Below, in pieces: positions 1-10,006 of a DNA stretch of 64,000 nt. Under the pieces are notes generated by a model. The model was given only the letters and a program-made list of their open reading frames with translations, did no database searches and was not told the origin of the DNA. Position 1 is the first letter of the stretch, and every line of letters begins with the position of its first letter. The translations under genes and the position numbers were made by a program. The DNA is from Thermoplasmatales archaeon (GTDB taxonomy: Archaea > Thermoplasmatota > Thermoplasmata > Thermoplasmatales > Thermoplasmataceae), in NCBI GenBank assembly GCA_027310185.1, contig DAIDBH010000006.1, forward strand, positions 128,001 through 192,000. The letters run 5' to 3'.

Positions 1-762
1 GTAAACCCAGAACTTAGCCTGGAGTATTATACAAATCTATTCAGGACGATAAAGGAAATGGTACCTGATATTGGGATAAACGGTTTATCAACCTCCGAGA
101 TATCATATATTTCGAAGAAAGAGAAGATGAGCGTGGAAGATGTTCTTGTTGCTCTTCGAGAAAGTGGTTTGGAAACTATCCCAGGAGCTGGAGCAGAAAT
201 TTTCGCAGATGATGTAAGAAAGATATTGAGAAGGCCCCCACACAGTGGACAGCAGTGGCTCGATGTTATGGAGACTGCTCACAGGTTAGGGATAAAGACA
301 AGCTCAACCATGATGTTTGGTCATGTTGAAAATAGCTATCATAAAGCAGACCATCTTCTTTCATTGCTGAAGTTACAGTTGAAATACAACGGGTTTCTCT
401 CCTTCACACCGTGGAATTTTGAACCGGGAAACACTGAGCTTGAAAGGGAAGGACTGGTTACCAGCAGAGTCGGGGGAGAAGAAGTTCTTAGAAATATTGC
501 CATATCAAGAATAGTATTGAACAGGCATATACCAATTATCCAGTCTTCCTGGCTTACTAACGGGGTTGAAATGGGACAGATTGCCCTCATGTTCGGGGCA
601 AATGACTGGGGAGGAACCATCTATGATGAAAGGGTTATTCCGGCAACTGGAAAACAGGTCGGTAATCTCAGAAAAGAAACGATTATCCATTCCATAAAGA
701 ATATTGGCATGATACCTGTTGAAAGGGACAACAACTATAAGATAATAAAAAGCTACGTCTGA
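1..762 (+). CDS. Radical SAM protein, MqnC/CofH family (probable cyclic dehypoxanthine futalosine synthase), 5'-partial
   Basis: Frame is open from base 1 (VNPELSLEYY...). Contains the IPGAGAEI, STMMFGHVE and GANDWGGT motifs typical of MqnC/MqnE/CofH. Confidence 0.8.
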   Translation, partial: VNPELSLEYYTNLFRTIKEMVPDIGINGLSTSEISYISKKEKMSVEDVLVALRESGLETIPGAGAEIFADDVRKILRRPPHSGQQWLDVMETAHRLGIKTSSTMMFGHVENSYHKADHLLSLLKLQLKYNGFLSFTPWNFEPGNTELEREGLVTSRVGGEEVLRNIAISRIVLNRHIPIIQSSWLTNGVEMGQIALMFGANDWGGTIYDERVIPATGKQVGNLRKETIIHSIKNIGMIPVERDNNYKIIKSYV

Positions 763-768
763 GTAAAC

Positions 769-1950
769 ATGGGTTATACAATTAAGGTAAATCCCGAGGA
801 CTTCAGGGTTGAGGAGATACCTGCTGACTTTAGCAGGGTTGAAAAGGGAAAATATACCATATTGAAGATAGTTCTGACAAACTGGGAGACTAATCATTTC
901 GTTACCCATCTCGCAAGATATCTCGGAATGAGCAGGAAGCGCATAACATATGCTGGAACAAAGGACAAAAGAGCCATAACTACTCAGTATTTCTGCATTA
1001 ATGGCTCTGTTACAGCGGATCAAATAAGAATAAAGGATTGTGAGATAAAAGAATCATTCTATGTGGATAAACCACTGAATCTTGGTGATCTGAAGGGCAA
1101 CAAGTTCAGGATTCAGGTATCCGAACCTGAAAAGAGAGTTAGAAATGCAGTGGAAAAGATCAGAGAAATTTCAAGGGATAAGGGTTTCTGGAATTTTTTT
1201 GGTGTTCAAAGATTTGGGACCATAAGATATAATACACACAAAGTAGGAAAGGAAATAGTGAAAAATGGTATTGAAAATGCGGTCAAGGAATATCTTTTTG
1301 ATCCAGATATAGATCATGAAGAATTCCGCTTAGAGCTTGGTAAAAAATGGGATTATGCAATGGGATTGAAGACTTATCCAGAGCATCTGCAGTTTGAAAG
1401 GGCACTCATGTCAGAACTTGTTGCCGGGAAGACCTACGAGCAGAGTTTTGATTCCCTTCCCAAGAGCTTGAGAATAATGTTTATACATGCTTATCAATCC
1501 GATCTGTTCAACAGGATACTCAAGTATAGAAGAGAATTAACCAATAATCCATTCGAGATATTTCAGGGAGATTTTATCAGTCCTGTTGATGAGCTTTTCA
1601 ACATAGACGATGACAAGATCTTATCGGTAAACGAATTTAACCTTGAACGAATGCAGGAGTTATCCAGAAATGGTAAGATTGTTCCACTTGCCCCACTCAT
1701 AGGTATGGAAACAAGGGAACAGGATGGAATTCCTGGAACAATTCTGAAAAGAGTCATGAACGAGGAAAATCTGGAATTCTCTGATTTTAGAATAGAAGAA
1801 AAAAATGAACTCTCTTCGAGGGGTAACTATCGAGGTATTGGCTTTAGACCTATCGATTTCAGCAGTGATGGAACAAACATCCTGGAATTTTCACTGGGAA
1901 GAGGGATTTATGCTACTTCCCTCCTTGACCAGGTCTTTGAATCAGATTAG
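769..1950 (+). CDS. truD: tRNA pseudouridine(13) synthase TruD
   Basis: PEDFRVEE, YAGTKDKRAITTQ (catalytic Asp), LGDLKGNKF, NFFGVQRFG, HAYQSDLFN and GIYAT motifs. Confidence 0.95.
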   Translation: MGYTIKVNPEDFRVEEIPADFSRVEKGKYTILKIVLTNWETNHFVTHLARYLGMSRKRITYAGTKDKRAITTQYFCINGSVTADQIRIKDCEIKESFYVDKPLNLGDLKGNKFRIQVSEPEKRVRNAVEKIREISRDKGFWNFFGVQRFGTIRYNTHKVGKEIVKNGIENAVKEYLFDPDIDHEEFRLELGKKWDYAMGLKTYPEHLQFERALMSELVAGKTYEQSFDSLPKSLRIMFIHAYQSDLFNRILKYRRELTNNPFEIFQGDFISPVDELFNIDDDKILSVNEFNLERMQELSRNGKIVPLAPLIGMETREQDGIPGTILKRVMNEENLEFSDFRIEEKNELSSRGNYRGIGFRPIDFSSDGTNILEFSLGRGIYATSLLDQVFESD

Positions 1951-2496
1951 ACCTACTTTCTGCAATTCCTTCTTGACTTTTATTACTGCCTGTTCAATCT
2001 CACTTTCTTCCTTTGCTCCAGTGCATACTACCTTTCCGGAACCAAACAGAAGCAAGACGACCTTGGGTTCTTCAACTCTGTACACCAGGCCTGGAAATTG
2101 CTCTGGCTCATATTCTACATTTTCAAGACCAAGTGACATAGCTATCTGCGTAAGGTTAAGGTCTGCTTCAAGATCATATACTGCAACAATATTCTGGACG
2201 ACTATCTCTGGAGAATCATAAACTTCTATCCCGGCTTTTTTAAGAGTGGAAATAATTGTTTGAATTGTCAATCTTACATTAGTAAGGTTTTTTGCTCCTG
2301 TACAATTTACCTTTCCACTCCTGAAAATCAAGACAGCAGTCTTGGGTTCTTTCAGCCTGTATATCAATCCTGGAAATTGCTCTGGCTCATATTCAGAACC
2401 TTCCAGCGCCAACGCAATTTTGCTCAGATCAAGATGCTCAGCCAGTGATGTTGATGCTACAATGTTCTCGATGTTGATTTTTTCTCTTTCACTCAT
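1942..2496 (-). CDS. tbp: TATA-box binding protein
   Basis: Two repeats of ENIVA...YEPEQFPGL.YR...LIF.SGK..CTGAK. Start moved to MSEREK (ATG 2496). Confidence 0.97.
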   Translation of the reverse strand: MSEREKINIENIVASTSLAEHLDLSKIALALEGSEYEPEQFPGLIYRLKEPKTAVLIFRSGKVNCTGAKNLTNVRLTIQTIISTLKKAGIEVYDSPEIVVQNIVAVYDLEADLNLTQIAMSLGLENVEYEPEQFPGLVYRVEEPKVVLLLFGSGKVVCTGAKEESEIEQAVIKVKKELQKVGLI

Positions 2497-2661
2497 AAAA
2501 ACCAAATCTCTTATATTTAAACTATATATAAAGATAACATTTTTTATACTATGACGTTTGATGATGGTGTATCGGTCATGATTCATTATAGAGTGCGGCA
2601 AAAGTTCAATTAATTTTTAACGGTAATTCTATATTTGCGTATGTTATGGTATTTATTATAT

Positions 2662-2937
2662 ATGAGCGAAAGGAATCAAACTGAAAAAACAGTACGTATC
2701 GATCTAGCTATTTTAAATGACACCAAGGGAGTGCTTAAGTTAACTGATGTAGACCTCCTGTACACTCCAAGGAAGGGAGACCAGATTAGGGTACCCATAG
2801 GAAATATAGATCATCTATCTTACAAAAAAACTGCCATGACAACATCAACCCTGTATGTAAATGACTTGATAATTACTGTATGCAGAGCTCACCTATGGGC
2901 AGCCGACATAAGAAAACTTAAGGGCGAACCTGGATGA
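2662..2937 (+). CDS. Small hypothetical protein, possible PH-like fold
   Basis: 91-aa ORF from ATG 2662; the GVLKLTD..LLY...IRVPIGNI pattern resembles bacterial PH/GRAM domains. Confidence 0.6.
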   Translation: MSERNQTEKTVRIDLAILNDTKGVLKLTDVDLLYTPRKGDQIRVPIGNIDHLSYKKTAMTTSTLYVNDLIITVCRAHLWAADIRKLKGEPG

Positions 2938-2948
2938 TTTTTTAAACC

Positions 2949-3245
2949 CTACATATTGAGGGCATCTCTCGCAACCTCAGACATCATTGATGGGTTCCAT
3001 GGTGGTTCCCATACAAGTTCTACATCCGCCATTTCCACTCCTGCCATATTTTCAACAATTTTTTGAACTTCTGATAGTATCCATGGGGTCACAGGGCAGG
3101 TTGGTGCAGTCATGGTCATTTTTATGTAAACATTATCATTGTTTATCTGGACATCGTATACAAGACCCAGATTCACCACATCCATTCCTATTTCAGGATC
3201 CTCTACAGCCTGAAGAGCTTCCAATATTTCTTCTTTAGTAACCAT
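2949..3245 (-). CDS. Metal-sulfur cluster assembly factor (DUF59/SufT/PaaD family)
   Basis: V.DPEIG.DVVNLGLVY, T.P.CP and WEPPW motifs. Confidence 0.93.
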   Translation of the reverse strand: MVTKEEILEALQAVEDPEIGMDVVNLGLVYDVQINNDNVYIKMTMTAPTCPVTPWILSEVQKIVENMAGVEMADVELVWEPPWNPSMMSEVARDALNM

Positions 3246-3291
3246 GTTATCATTTAAACATTAAATTCACATTAATATGTCTATTGTTTTT

Positions 3292-4239
3292 TTATATTGA
3301 TTGTATCCGGTCAAAAACACCATATTCCCATGGTCTTGTCTTACCTTCCAGGCTGCTTCTAATTGATTCCGTGATCATTTTTCTGAAATATCCTGGACTT
3401 TCTAAACTGAATATACTTATCTTTTCACTACCCCTTACAAATGCTGAATAGAATGACTCTGGCATTTCAAGTGAACTACTCATTCCTTCACCAACAGTGC
3501 CATATCTGTCAAGGATAAAACTTCGTACACAAACCATATTTCTAGTATCACGCCTGTAAGGAAGTACAGCCTCAGCAATTACAATCAGGTAATCATAATC
3601 CCCAATACTTCCAATATTAGTTTTTTTAAAATCTAAAAAGTCAGGAAAAATTTCTGTATTCCTAACCTCTACGTTACTTGCGATTGGTGAACTTTTAAAG
3701 ATTCTCTTTAAAACTGAATCATTAATCGCCTTCTGGAGTTTCTGTGTTATTATTATTGATACTCTCAGAGGTTTCAGTCTCCTGCCATCCTCGTCTATTT
3801 CTCCCCCATCAATTCTTGACGAACTTAAAACGAAAAAGTCATCAGCTATTTTTGTCTTCACAGTGTGGATTTGCATTGGTCTTAAACCATTATTCAACCT
3901 TTTACTGTTCAGAATCCTCGCGCTTCCTTCTGTTTCTTTCGAAACTACAATGTCAGTGTATTCCGTATTCTTATCTGCATCGCCAGAATTGTTTTCAATT
4001 GGCTTAATGATAAAACCGGCATTCTTTTCTCTAAGGAACTTAGCCACTGATTCACTTCTGGATTCAAATCCCTTAACCTGGTAATTCTTGGTTTTTTTCA
4101 CATAGTTATCTGATGTAATTCCTACAATGATAAAATTTCTTGTAGAAATAGCTCTCATTAATAGTGACCTGTGTCCTTTATGCAGGTGGCCGAAAGTGCC
4201 AGCTACGATGGTGATTCCCTTTTTCTCAGGCTGATTCAT
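3292..4239 (-). CDS. coaD: Phosphopantetheine adenylyltransferase fused to a degenerate C-terminal (YjjX/NTPase-like) domain
   Basis: GTFGHLHKGH (HxGH), IVVSKET and LSSSRI..GEID..G motifs. C-terminal ~160 aa resembles the Thermoplasmatales fusion partner. Confidence 0.8.
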   Translation of the reverse strand: MNQPEKKGITIVAGTFGHLHKGHRSLLMRAISTRNFIIVGITSDNYVKKTKNYQVKGFESRSESVAKFLREKNAGFIIKPIENNSGDADKNTEYTDIVVSKETEGSARILNSKRLNNGLRPMQIHTVKTKIADDFFVLSSSRIDGGEIDEDGRRLKPLRVSIIITQKLQKAINDSVLKRIFKSSPIASNVEVRNTEIFPDFLDFKKTNIGSIGDYDYLIVIAEAVLPYRRDTRNMVCVRSFILDRYGTVGEGMSSSLEMPESFYSAFVRGSEKISIFSLESPGYFRKMITESIRSSLEGKTRPWEYGVFDRIQSI

Positions 4240-5422
4240 TTATGGTCTTCCTTATCCTCTTTATACCTTCTACCAGCTGATCTTCTGAGCCAAATGTAAA
4301 GTTCAGTCTCATTGAGGATTTCTGAGTTCCGTTTGTGGTAAATGCCTGTCCACTGACATATGCCACGCCATTCTTTATGGCTAGAGGGATCATCTGTTTC
4401 GTGTCTATATTCTTGTTTACTGTTACCCATACAAACATACCGCCATTTGGCTCTGAGAATGTTGAGATATCAGACATATATGTCTTAAGAGCATTTACAA
4501 TTGCGTCTCTTTTGCGTCTGTATATCTGCCGGTTCAGTTCTACCTGCTTGTAGATTATTCCCCTCTTTATGTATTCATAAGCAACATATTGAGAGAACGA
4601 ATTTGTTGCAAGATCGAGTGCCTGCTTGATCAGGTTAAACTTTTCCATTACTGCTTCTTGCGCGATTGTGTAGCCCAGTCTCAGTCCTGGTGTCATTACC
4701 TTTGAAAATGTCCCAAGATATATTACATCTTCACCTCCTGCCATTGACCTGATGCATGGCACTGGTTCCCCATAATACCTCAGCTGTCCATAGGGATTAT
4801 CCTCAACGAGCGGTATCTCATATTTTTTTGATATTTCAATTAGGATTTTCCTCCTCTCTATGGGCATGGTGTATCCAGTTGGATTCTGAAATGTAGGTAT
4901 GACGTAGATGAACCTCGGTTTTCTATTTTCTGCGATCAGTTTCTTTATCCTCTCTTCCAGCAGTTCGACCTTCATTCCATTTTGATCGACAGGTATGCCT
5001 TCCATTTTTAGCCCATTCGCTGAAAAAGCGGATACGGCACCCACATAAGTCGGTTCCTCTGTTATTACAGTATCCCCTGGATTTGCCAGAACTGTTCCAA
5101 GTTCATATAAACCCTGTTGTGAACCGGAGTTAACAATTATATTCTCCATATTACATTTTATATTTTCCGTCTTTTCCAGCATCTTGGAAATTTGTTCCCT
5201 AACTGGATTTATCCCCAGCGTATTTCCATATTGCAGAGCCAGATCAGAATTATTTTTCATTATTGACTCCATTATTTCTGTCAACTCTTTGATAGGAAAT
5301 GTTTCTGGGCTTGGCATTCCTCCTCCAAGGGATATTATCCCTGGTGATGAGGCCATTTTGTTTAACTCCCTGATTTCAGAGGGCTTCATTTTGTTTACAA
5401 CATCTGAAAAGTTATATTTCAT
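4226..5422 (-). CDS. PLP-dependent aminotransferase class I/II (LysN/MocR-like)
   Basis: ISLGGGMP, FQNPTG, EDNPY and GTFSKVMTPGLRLG motifs. Confidence 0.92.
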   Translation of the reverse strand: MKYNFSDVVNKMKPSEIRELNKMASSPGIISLGGGMPSPETFPIKELTEIMESIMKNNSDLALQYGNTLGINPVREQISKMLEKTENIKCNMENIIVNSGSQQGLYELGTVLANPGDTVITEEPTYVGAVSAFSANGLKMEGIPVDQNGMKVELLEERIKKLIAENRKPRFIYVIPTFQNPTGYTMPIERRKILIEISKKYEIPLVEDNPYGQLRYYGEPVPCIRSMAGGEDVIYLGTFSKVMTPGLRLGYTIAQEAVMEKFNLIKQALDLATNSFSQYVAYEYIKRGIIYKQVELNRQIYRRKRDAIVNALKTYMSDISTFSEPNGGMFVWVTVNKNIDTKQMIPLAIKNGVAYVSGQAFTTNGTQKSSMRLNFTFGSEDQLVEGIKRIRKTINESA

Positions 5423-5675
5423 AAACAGATATTATAAATTAGTTTATAGATTTGTCTTACGTAGATATAACTCGTGCTGAGATATTTGCCTTTTATTGTG
5501 ATAAGAATAGAATGAATTAATATTTGCAGTTTCACGTGGACAGTGCTCTAAATCGGCTAAAATAATATTGGAAGACAAAATTCGAGAATTCTAGAAGAGC
5601 GATAAAATCCTGTAAAAGTTAAGAAAAACTGTGCTATTACAAAAAATATTATAACAAAGGAGAAAATGTTGACCG

Positions 5676-6185
5676 ATGATTTCAGGTAGGCTGATGTGGA
5701 AAGTCAGCTTGGTGGGAGATACAGAATCCGGTAAAAGCTCCTTAATATCAAGAATAGTATTTGATAGCGAAGCAGGTAGTTTTATTAATAAGGGACTCCT
5801 GAGAAAGAAAGTTTCATTTGACGATGATGGAAAAACTTACCACGCAGAGCTTATATTCCAAGAGATAGATGGTTTTCCAGAAAATGAGAAACTGCTTGCA
5901 GGATCTTCCGCTATTGTTATTGTTGTTGATGTAACAAAGAAGTTAAATGAGGGGGAAATTACGAAATTCATAAAAAATACACAGAAAAAAGGCCTTCTTA
6001 TTCTGGCGGCAAACAAGGTTGACAGAAAATATGAAGCGGTGACATGGAAAGAAGACCTTGAACCAATGGCTAAGAAATTTGGACTGAATCTGTACATGGT
6101 TTCTGCCAGGCAGCCTGAATCCGTTAATAATATGGTAAATGGGATATCACGTCTCCTGATTGGAAGAATAAATGGAAAACAATAG
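5676..6185 (+). CDS. Small Ras/Rab-like GTPase
   Basis: G1 GDTESGKS, variant G3 EIDG, G4 NKVD, G5 SAR. Confidence 0.85.
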   Translation: MISGRLMWKVSLVGDTESGKSSLISRIVFDSEAGSFINKGLLRKKVSFDDDGKTYHAELIFQEIDGFPENEKLLAGSSAIVIVVDVTKKLNEGEITKFIKNTQKKGLLILAANKVDRKYEAVTWKEDLEPMAKKFGLNLYMVSARQPESVNNMVNGISRLLIGRINGKQ

Positions 6186-7107
6186 AGAAGAGAGTTACGC
6201 TATATGCAATTCGATCTTATTTACAATAGAGAATGGGAAAAGTGCCCAGTATATTCATAGCAAATACAATATGGGGGTACTATCAGGTAGAAACATCATA
6301 TTAAAACCCTTTGAACTGCTGTTCCTATATTATAGAAATAGACTGAAGCCAGTTAATCCCTTTTATAATGATTCAATGACGCTTGTGAACACTCTGTTTG
6401 AAGAGAATGACCTGTACATGTGGAGGGTGTATCTTGACCTGAAGAATGAGGGCTCCAAGATAGCCATAGAGAATGAATACCTTACCATATCGAAGAAGAA
6501 TGAAAAACTGAGTGTGAAAAGGATTATTTACCCAATAAGGGAAAAAAGCAGGGTAGATGAGAGTTGGTTAATTTCCATATCAGGTCAGAATATTGCATCA
6601 GTTGATGATGATGGAGATATCACTTATTACACAATTGATATGGTAAATCTGGAAGGTAATAACAGGCCTGAACTTCCGTCAGTCACTCCAACGAAGATCG
6701 GTAATAGGGGTATTTATACCAAAGACATGAAGCCTGATTGGATGGGGGACCATCTCGAGGATATTGTAATATTGTCAGAGGGCGAGATGAACTACATCAA
6801 CGGACTGGAAAACAGCGATCCTGTATCAAGAGTATACAGGGAGCTTATATCGAGTGGACTGATTGTAAAAACGGGATTCAAGTATGGCTGCAACTTCAGG
6901 GCATACAGGGGTTCCATGGATGATCATTCTGATTTTCTGATTCACGTACTTGAAGGAGAAGTTGAATGGTATGAAATAAGCAGAGCCGTCAGATTAGCTG
7001 CTTCGGTAAGGAAAGAAATGATTTTTGCTACAATTCTGGATGAAAAGTCTTATTTTATAAGGATAAAAAGAATAAAAAATATACAGGAAATGAATTTAAG
7101 AAATTAA
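6172..7107 (+). CDS. endA: tRNA-intron endonuclease (two-unit homodimeric type)
   Basis: C-terminal catalytic unit with KTGFKYG.NFRAY, DHS and VRK (Tyr/His/Lys triad), preceded by a degenerate N-terminal unit. Confidence 0.92.
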   Translation: MENNREESYAICNSILFTIENGKSAQYIHSKYNMGVLSGRNIILKPFELLFLYYRNRLKPVNPFYNDSMTLVNTLFEENDLYMWRVYLDLKNEGSKIAIENEYLTISKKNEKLSVKRIIYPIREKSRVDESWLISISGQNIASVDDDGDITYYTIDMVNLEGNNRPELPSVTPTKIGNRGIYTKDMKPDWMGDHLEDIVILSEGEMNYINGLENSDPVSRVYRELISSGLIVKTGFKYGCNFRAYRGSMDDHSDFLIHVLEGEVEWYEISRAVRLAASVRKEMIFATILDEKSYFIRIKRIKNIQEMNLRN

Positions 7108-7703
7108 ATCTGTGACTCGAAGTCATCTATAGTGTATTTGAATTCGTCGTATGATTTTATATCTCCTCTGTTTTTGAGAATCTCCCTGGAAAGTAGCCAG
7201 TACACAAGAGCAAGTGACCTCCTACCCTTGTTGTTACTTGGAATGACCAGATCTACAAAATCTGTTTTATTATTTGCATCACATAGGGATATTATGGGGA
7301 CTCCCACATCCTTTGCCTCCTTCATGACCTGGGTATCTGCTAGTGGGTCTGTGACTATGATTGCCTTGGTCTCCGTGTATGTAGGAAGCTGGTAATTTGT
7401 TAGTGTGCCTGGAATAAACCGTCCGACTATAGCCTTTGATCCTATAACCTCGGAAAATTTGGTAACTGGCCTGAATGCATACTGTCTCTGAGCCACAACA
7501 AGAATCTGTGTGGGATCAATTCTGGCAAGCATTTTTCCGGCTATTTTAAGCATTTTATCTGTAATTTTTAGATCAAGGAGGTATAATCCATCATTCCTAA
7601 TTTTGAATATGTATTTCACCATATCCTGTGTTTTAACCTGGGTACCAATATGTACGCCTGATTTCTGATATTCCTCCTCTGATATTAGCAACTCTTCTTC
7701 CAT
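7104..7703 (-). CDS. rps2: 30S ribosomal protein uS2
   Basis: GVHIGT, GRFIPGTLTN, IVTDP..D and IP.NNKG motifs. Start placed at MEEELL (ATG 7703). Confidence 0.96.
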   Translation of the reverse strand: MEEELLISEEEYQKSGVHIGTQVKTQDMVKYIFKIRNDGLYLLDLKITDKMLKIAGKMLARIDPTQILVVAQRQYAFRPVTKFSEVIGSKAIVGRFIPGTLTNYQLPTYTETKAIIVTDPLADTQVMKEAKDVGVPIISLCDANNKTDFVDLVIPSNNKGRRSLALVYWLLSREILKNRGDIKSYDEFKYTIDDFESQI

Positions 7704-7883
7704 TCCAATCATCTCTTTAGGTGTCAAGATTTGGGTTTATCTCTTTAACCTATATATGGGTTTACGTATAATTGCAGAAGATTATTAGATTTCTGACATG
7801 ATCCATTTAGTTAATTGTGTGAAAGTAAAATATCTACAATTACAGGTCAAAATGATATAACCATGTGGCTCCTTGCAGATATC

Positions 7884-8813
7884 TTATTCCCACTCTATGG
7901 TAGCGGGAGGTTTATCAGTTATATCAAGAACAATTCTATTTACTGATGGTACTTCGTTAGTAATTTTTGTGGATAGTTCCTCGAGAAATTCCCAGTCGAA
8001 TTTATGAAATGTCCCAGTCATTGCGTCGGTTGAATCAATAGCCCTGATCGCTATAGTATTACCATAAGATCTTTTGTCTCCGTGTACACCTGTAGTCCTG
8101 ATTGGCAATATAACAGCAAAATACTGCCATGGTCTTTTTTCAGGTTTCAGTGAACTTTCAATTTCTTCTTCAACGATCCTGGTTACCTTTTTCAATATGT
8201 CTACCTTTTCCTTCGTTATTTCCCCGATTACCCTGACTGCCAGGCCCGGTCCCGGAAATGGCTGTAGACTGGTGTTTAAACCAAGCTCCTTACTTAATTC
8301 CCTAACATCATCCTTGTAGAGATCCCTCATGGGCTCTATAAGCTTCAGATTCATTTTTTCTGGAAGTCCGCCTACGTTATGATGGCTTTTAATGGTATCC
8401 CTATTTTTGCCCCCGCTTTCTATCCAGTCTGGAGCAATCGTTCCCTGCAACAGATATTCAGCTTTAGAAAGTTGAGCCTCCCGCTCAAATACTTCTATGA
8501 AGGTCTGACCTATTACTTTCCTTTTAGTTTCCGGGTCAGATATACCCTTTAATTTGTTAAGGAAGAGTTCAGACTCATCCAGAATCTTGAAATTTATCCC
8601 AAATTCCTTAAAGAATGCTTTTACTCTTTCCCTTTCTCCCTCTCGGATAAGACCTGTATCAACAAAAATTGATAAAATTTTATCACCGGCAGCCATTTTT
8701 GAGGCCACAGCCAGAACCGAACTGTCGGTTCCTCCAGAACACGCAAGAATGCCAGTGCCTTTCAGGTCTTTTCTAATCTTTTCAACAATCTCATTTAATA
8801 ATTTAGAGGTCAT
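7884..8813 (-). CDS. guaAB: GMP synthase subunit B (ATP pyrophosphatase subunit)
   Basis: [28 protein letters not shown] and KPPATIEWE motifs. Confidence 0.96.
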   Translation of the reverse strand: MTSKLLNEIVEKIRKDLKGTGILACSGGTDSSVLAVASKMAAGDKILSIFVDTGLIREGERERVKAFFKEFGINFKILDESELFLNKLKGISDPETKRKVIGQTFIEVFEREAQLSKAEYLLQGTIAPDWIESGGKNRDTIKSHHNVGGLPEKMNLKLIEPMRDLYKDDVRELSKELGLNTSLQPFPGPGLAVRVIGEITKEKVDILKKVTRIVEEEIESSLKPEKRPWQYFAVILPIRTTGVHGDKRSYGNTIAIRAIDSTDAMTGTFHKFDWEFLEELSTKITNEVPSVNRIVLDITDKPPATIEWE

Positions 8814-8817
8814 GAAA

Positions 8818-9147
8818 TCAGGTTTTCATGATAGCGGCGAGGAATATAAGTAATCCTATAACTACACCGATTATTGCTGCAACAAGATAAAATACTGCAC
8901 CCAGGATTATATCATCAACTAGGCTTACATGGAACGTGAAGTCAGACAGGTAATAAGTTAAAAAGCCTATTACAACAGCTCCAACAATCATTCCACTTCC
9001 TGCTGCCCTTGCCTTTCCCTTTCCAAAATAGGCGGTAAGAATTCCAAATATTAAGAGTGCTAATGCTATTATCCCTATTATTGTAAGGAAAAAAATGTCA
9101 AGATTCCAACTGGGATACCACGGTAAAGTTTTTGCCACTGCAGACAT
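8818..9147 (-). CDS. Small membrane protein (about 3 TM segments)
   Basis: Three hydrophobic stretches with the [17 protein letters not shown] loop; sits in tandem between the Lrp gene and guaAB. Confidence 0.8.
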   Translation of the reverse strand: MSAVAKTLPWYPSWNLDIFFLTIIGIIALALLIFGILTAYFGKGKARAAGSGMIVGAVVIGFLTYYLSDFTFHVSLVDDIILGAVFYLVAAIIGVVIGLLIFLAAIMKT

Positions 9148-9152
9148 CTAAA

Positions 9153-9386
9153 TCACAACTTAAGTCCTGTAAGGGTTTTTGTATCTATAACCCCTTCGAT
9201 CTTTCTTATCTGCTCCACGACAATCTTCCCTAATTCACTGTAATCAAGCGCGTCAATTTTGACGATCAGATCATATTCCCCGAAAAGCGGATGTACTTCT
9301 ACAACATAATTAATCTTAGATATTTTGTTGTAAACCTCATGCTCTTTTCCGGGTACCGTACTCACAAGTACAAATGCTACCGACAT
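9153..9386 (-). CDS. Lrp/AsnC ligand-binding (RAM) domain protein
   Basis: AFVLV...PGKE, FGEYDLIVKI and IEGV.DTKT; stand-alone domain. Confidence 0.92.
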   Translation of the reverse strand: MSVAFVLVSTVPGKEHEVYNKISKINYVVEVHPLFGEYDLIVKIDALDYSELGKIVVEQIRKIEGVIDTKTLTGLKL

Positions 9387-9563
9387 AGATTCACTATTAC
9401 CATAATTTTTCTTAACTTATAAAATTTTTTAGTTTTAAAAGCTCTTTATATTAAGGTTTGTCAAATGCTAGTTATAAATTTTTCAATTCTTTAGGGAGAT
9501 GAATAGTTTTTTACTCTCTTTTCTCGAGATAAATAATTTATCTTACCTGGATATCACTTAGAT

Positions 9564-9998
9564 GTGTCGTATAAGGATGAGTATATTTCTGGGATTGTGA
9601 GGAATGTCAAGGAAAGAAATTTTCCAGAAGACTACCTACAGGATTTGAATGATTTTATTGAAGTTAAAATAATACCAGGCACAGAGCTTTTCATGTACAG
9701 GAAAGATGAATTAACTAACCTGGTCATTGATGGACAGAGTTTACCATTCGATGATCCTTACATAGCGAAATATTACTATTTCTGCTCATTGCAAAGAAAG
9801 GAAAATGCTAAAGTTCCTGATAAACAGGCAGTGAGGAGGATGATAAAGAAATTTGAAAGGGATCTTGATGAAGATAGGAATTTAGCTTATTCAATTCTGA
9901 ATGGTCTCACTGATGACGAGAAAAAAAGCATAATGATCGAACTGGGTAATTTATCTCCATATTTCTTTCTCCTTTTCTATGATACAATTATGAATTGA
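9564..9998 (+). CDS. Hypothetical protein
   Basis: 144-aa ORF with GTG start downstream of an AT-rich divergent promoter; protein-like composition. Confidence 0.75.
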   Translation: MSYKDEYISGIVRNVKERNFPEDYLQDLNDFIEVKIIPGTELFMYRKDELTNLVIDGQSLPFDDPYIAKYYYFCSLQRKENAKVPDKQAVRRMIKKFERDLDEDRNLAYSILNGLTDDEKKSIMIELGNLSPYFFLLFYDTIMN

Positions 9999-10006
9999 AA
10001 TGCAGA

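Noticed and set aside
5433-5448. TATAAA-TTAG-TTTATA inverted repeat
   Set aside because: Explained by TATA-like boxes in AT-rich promoter DNA.
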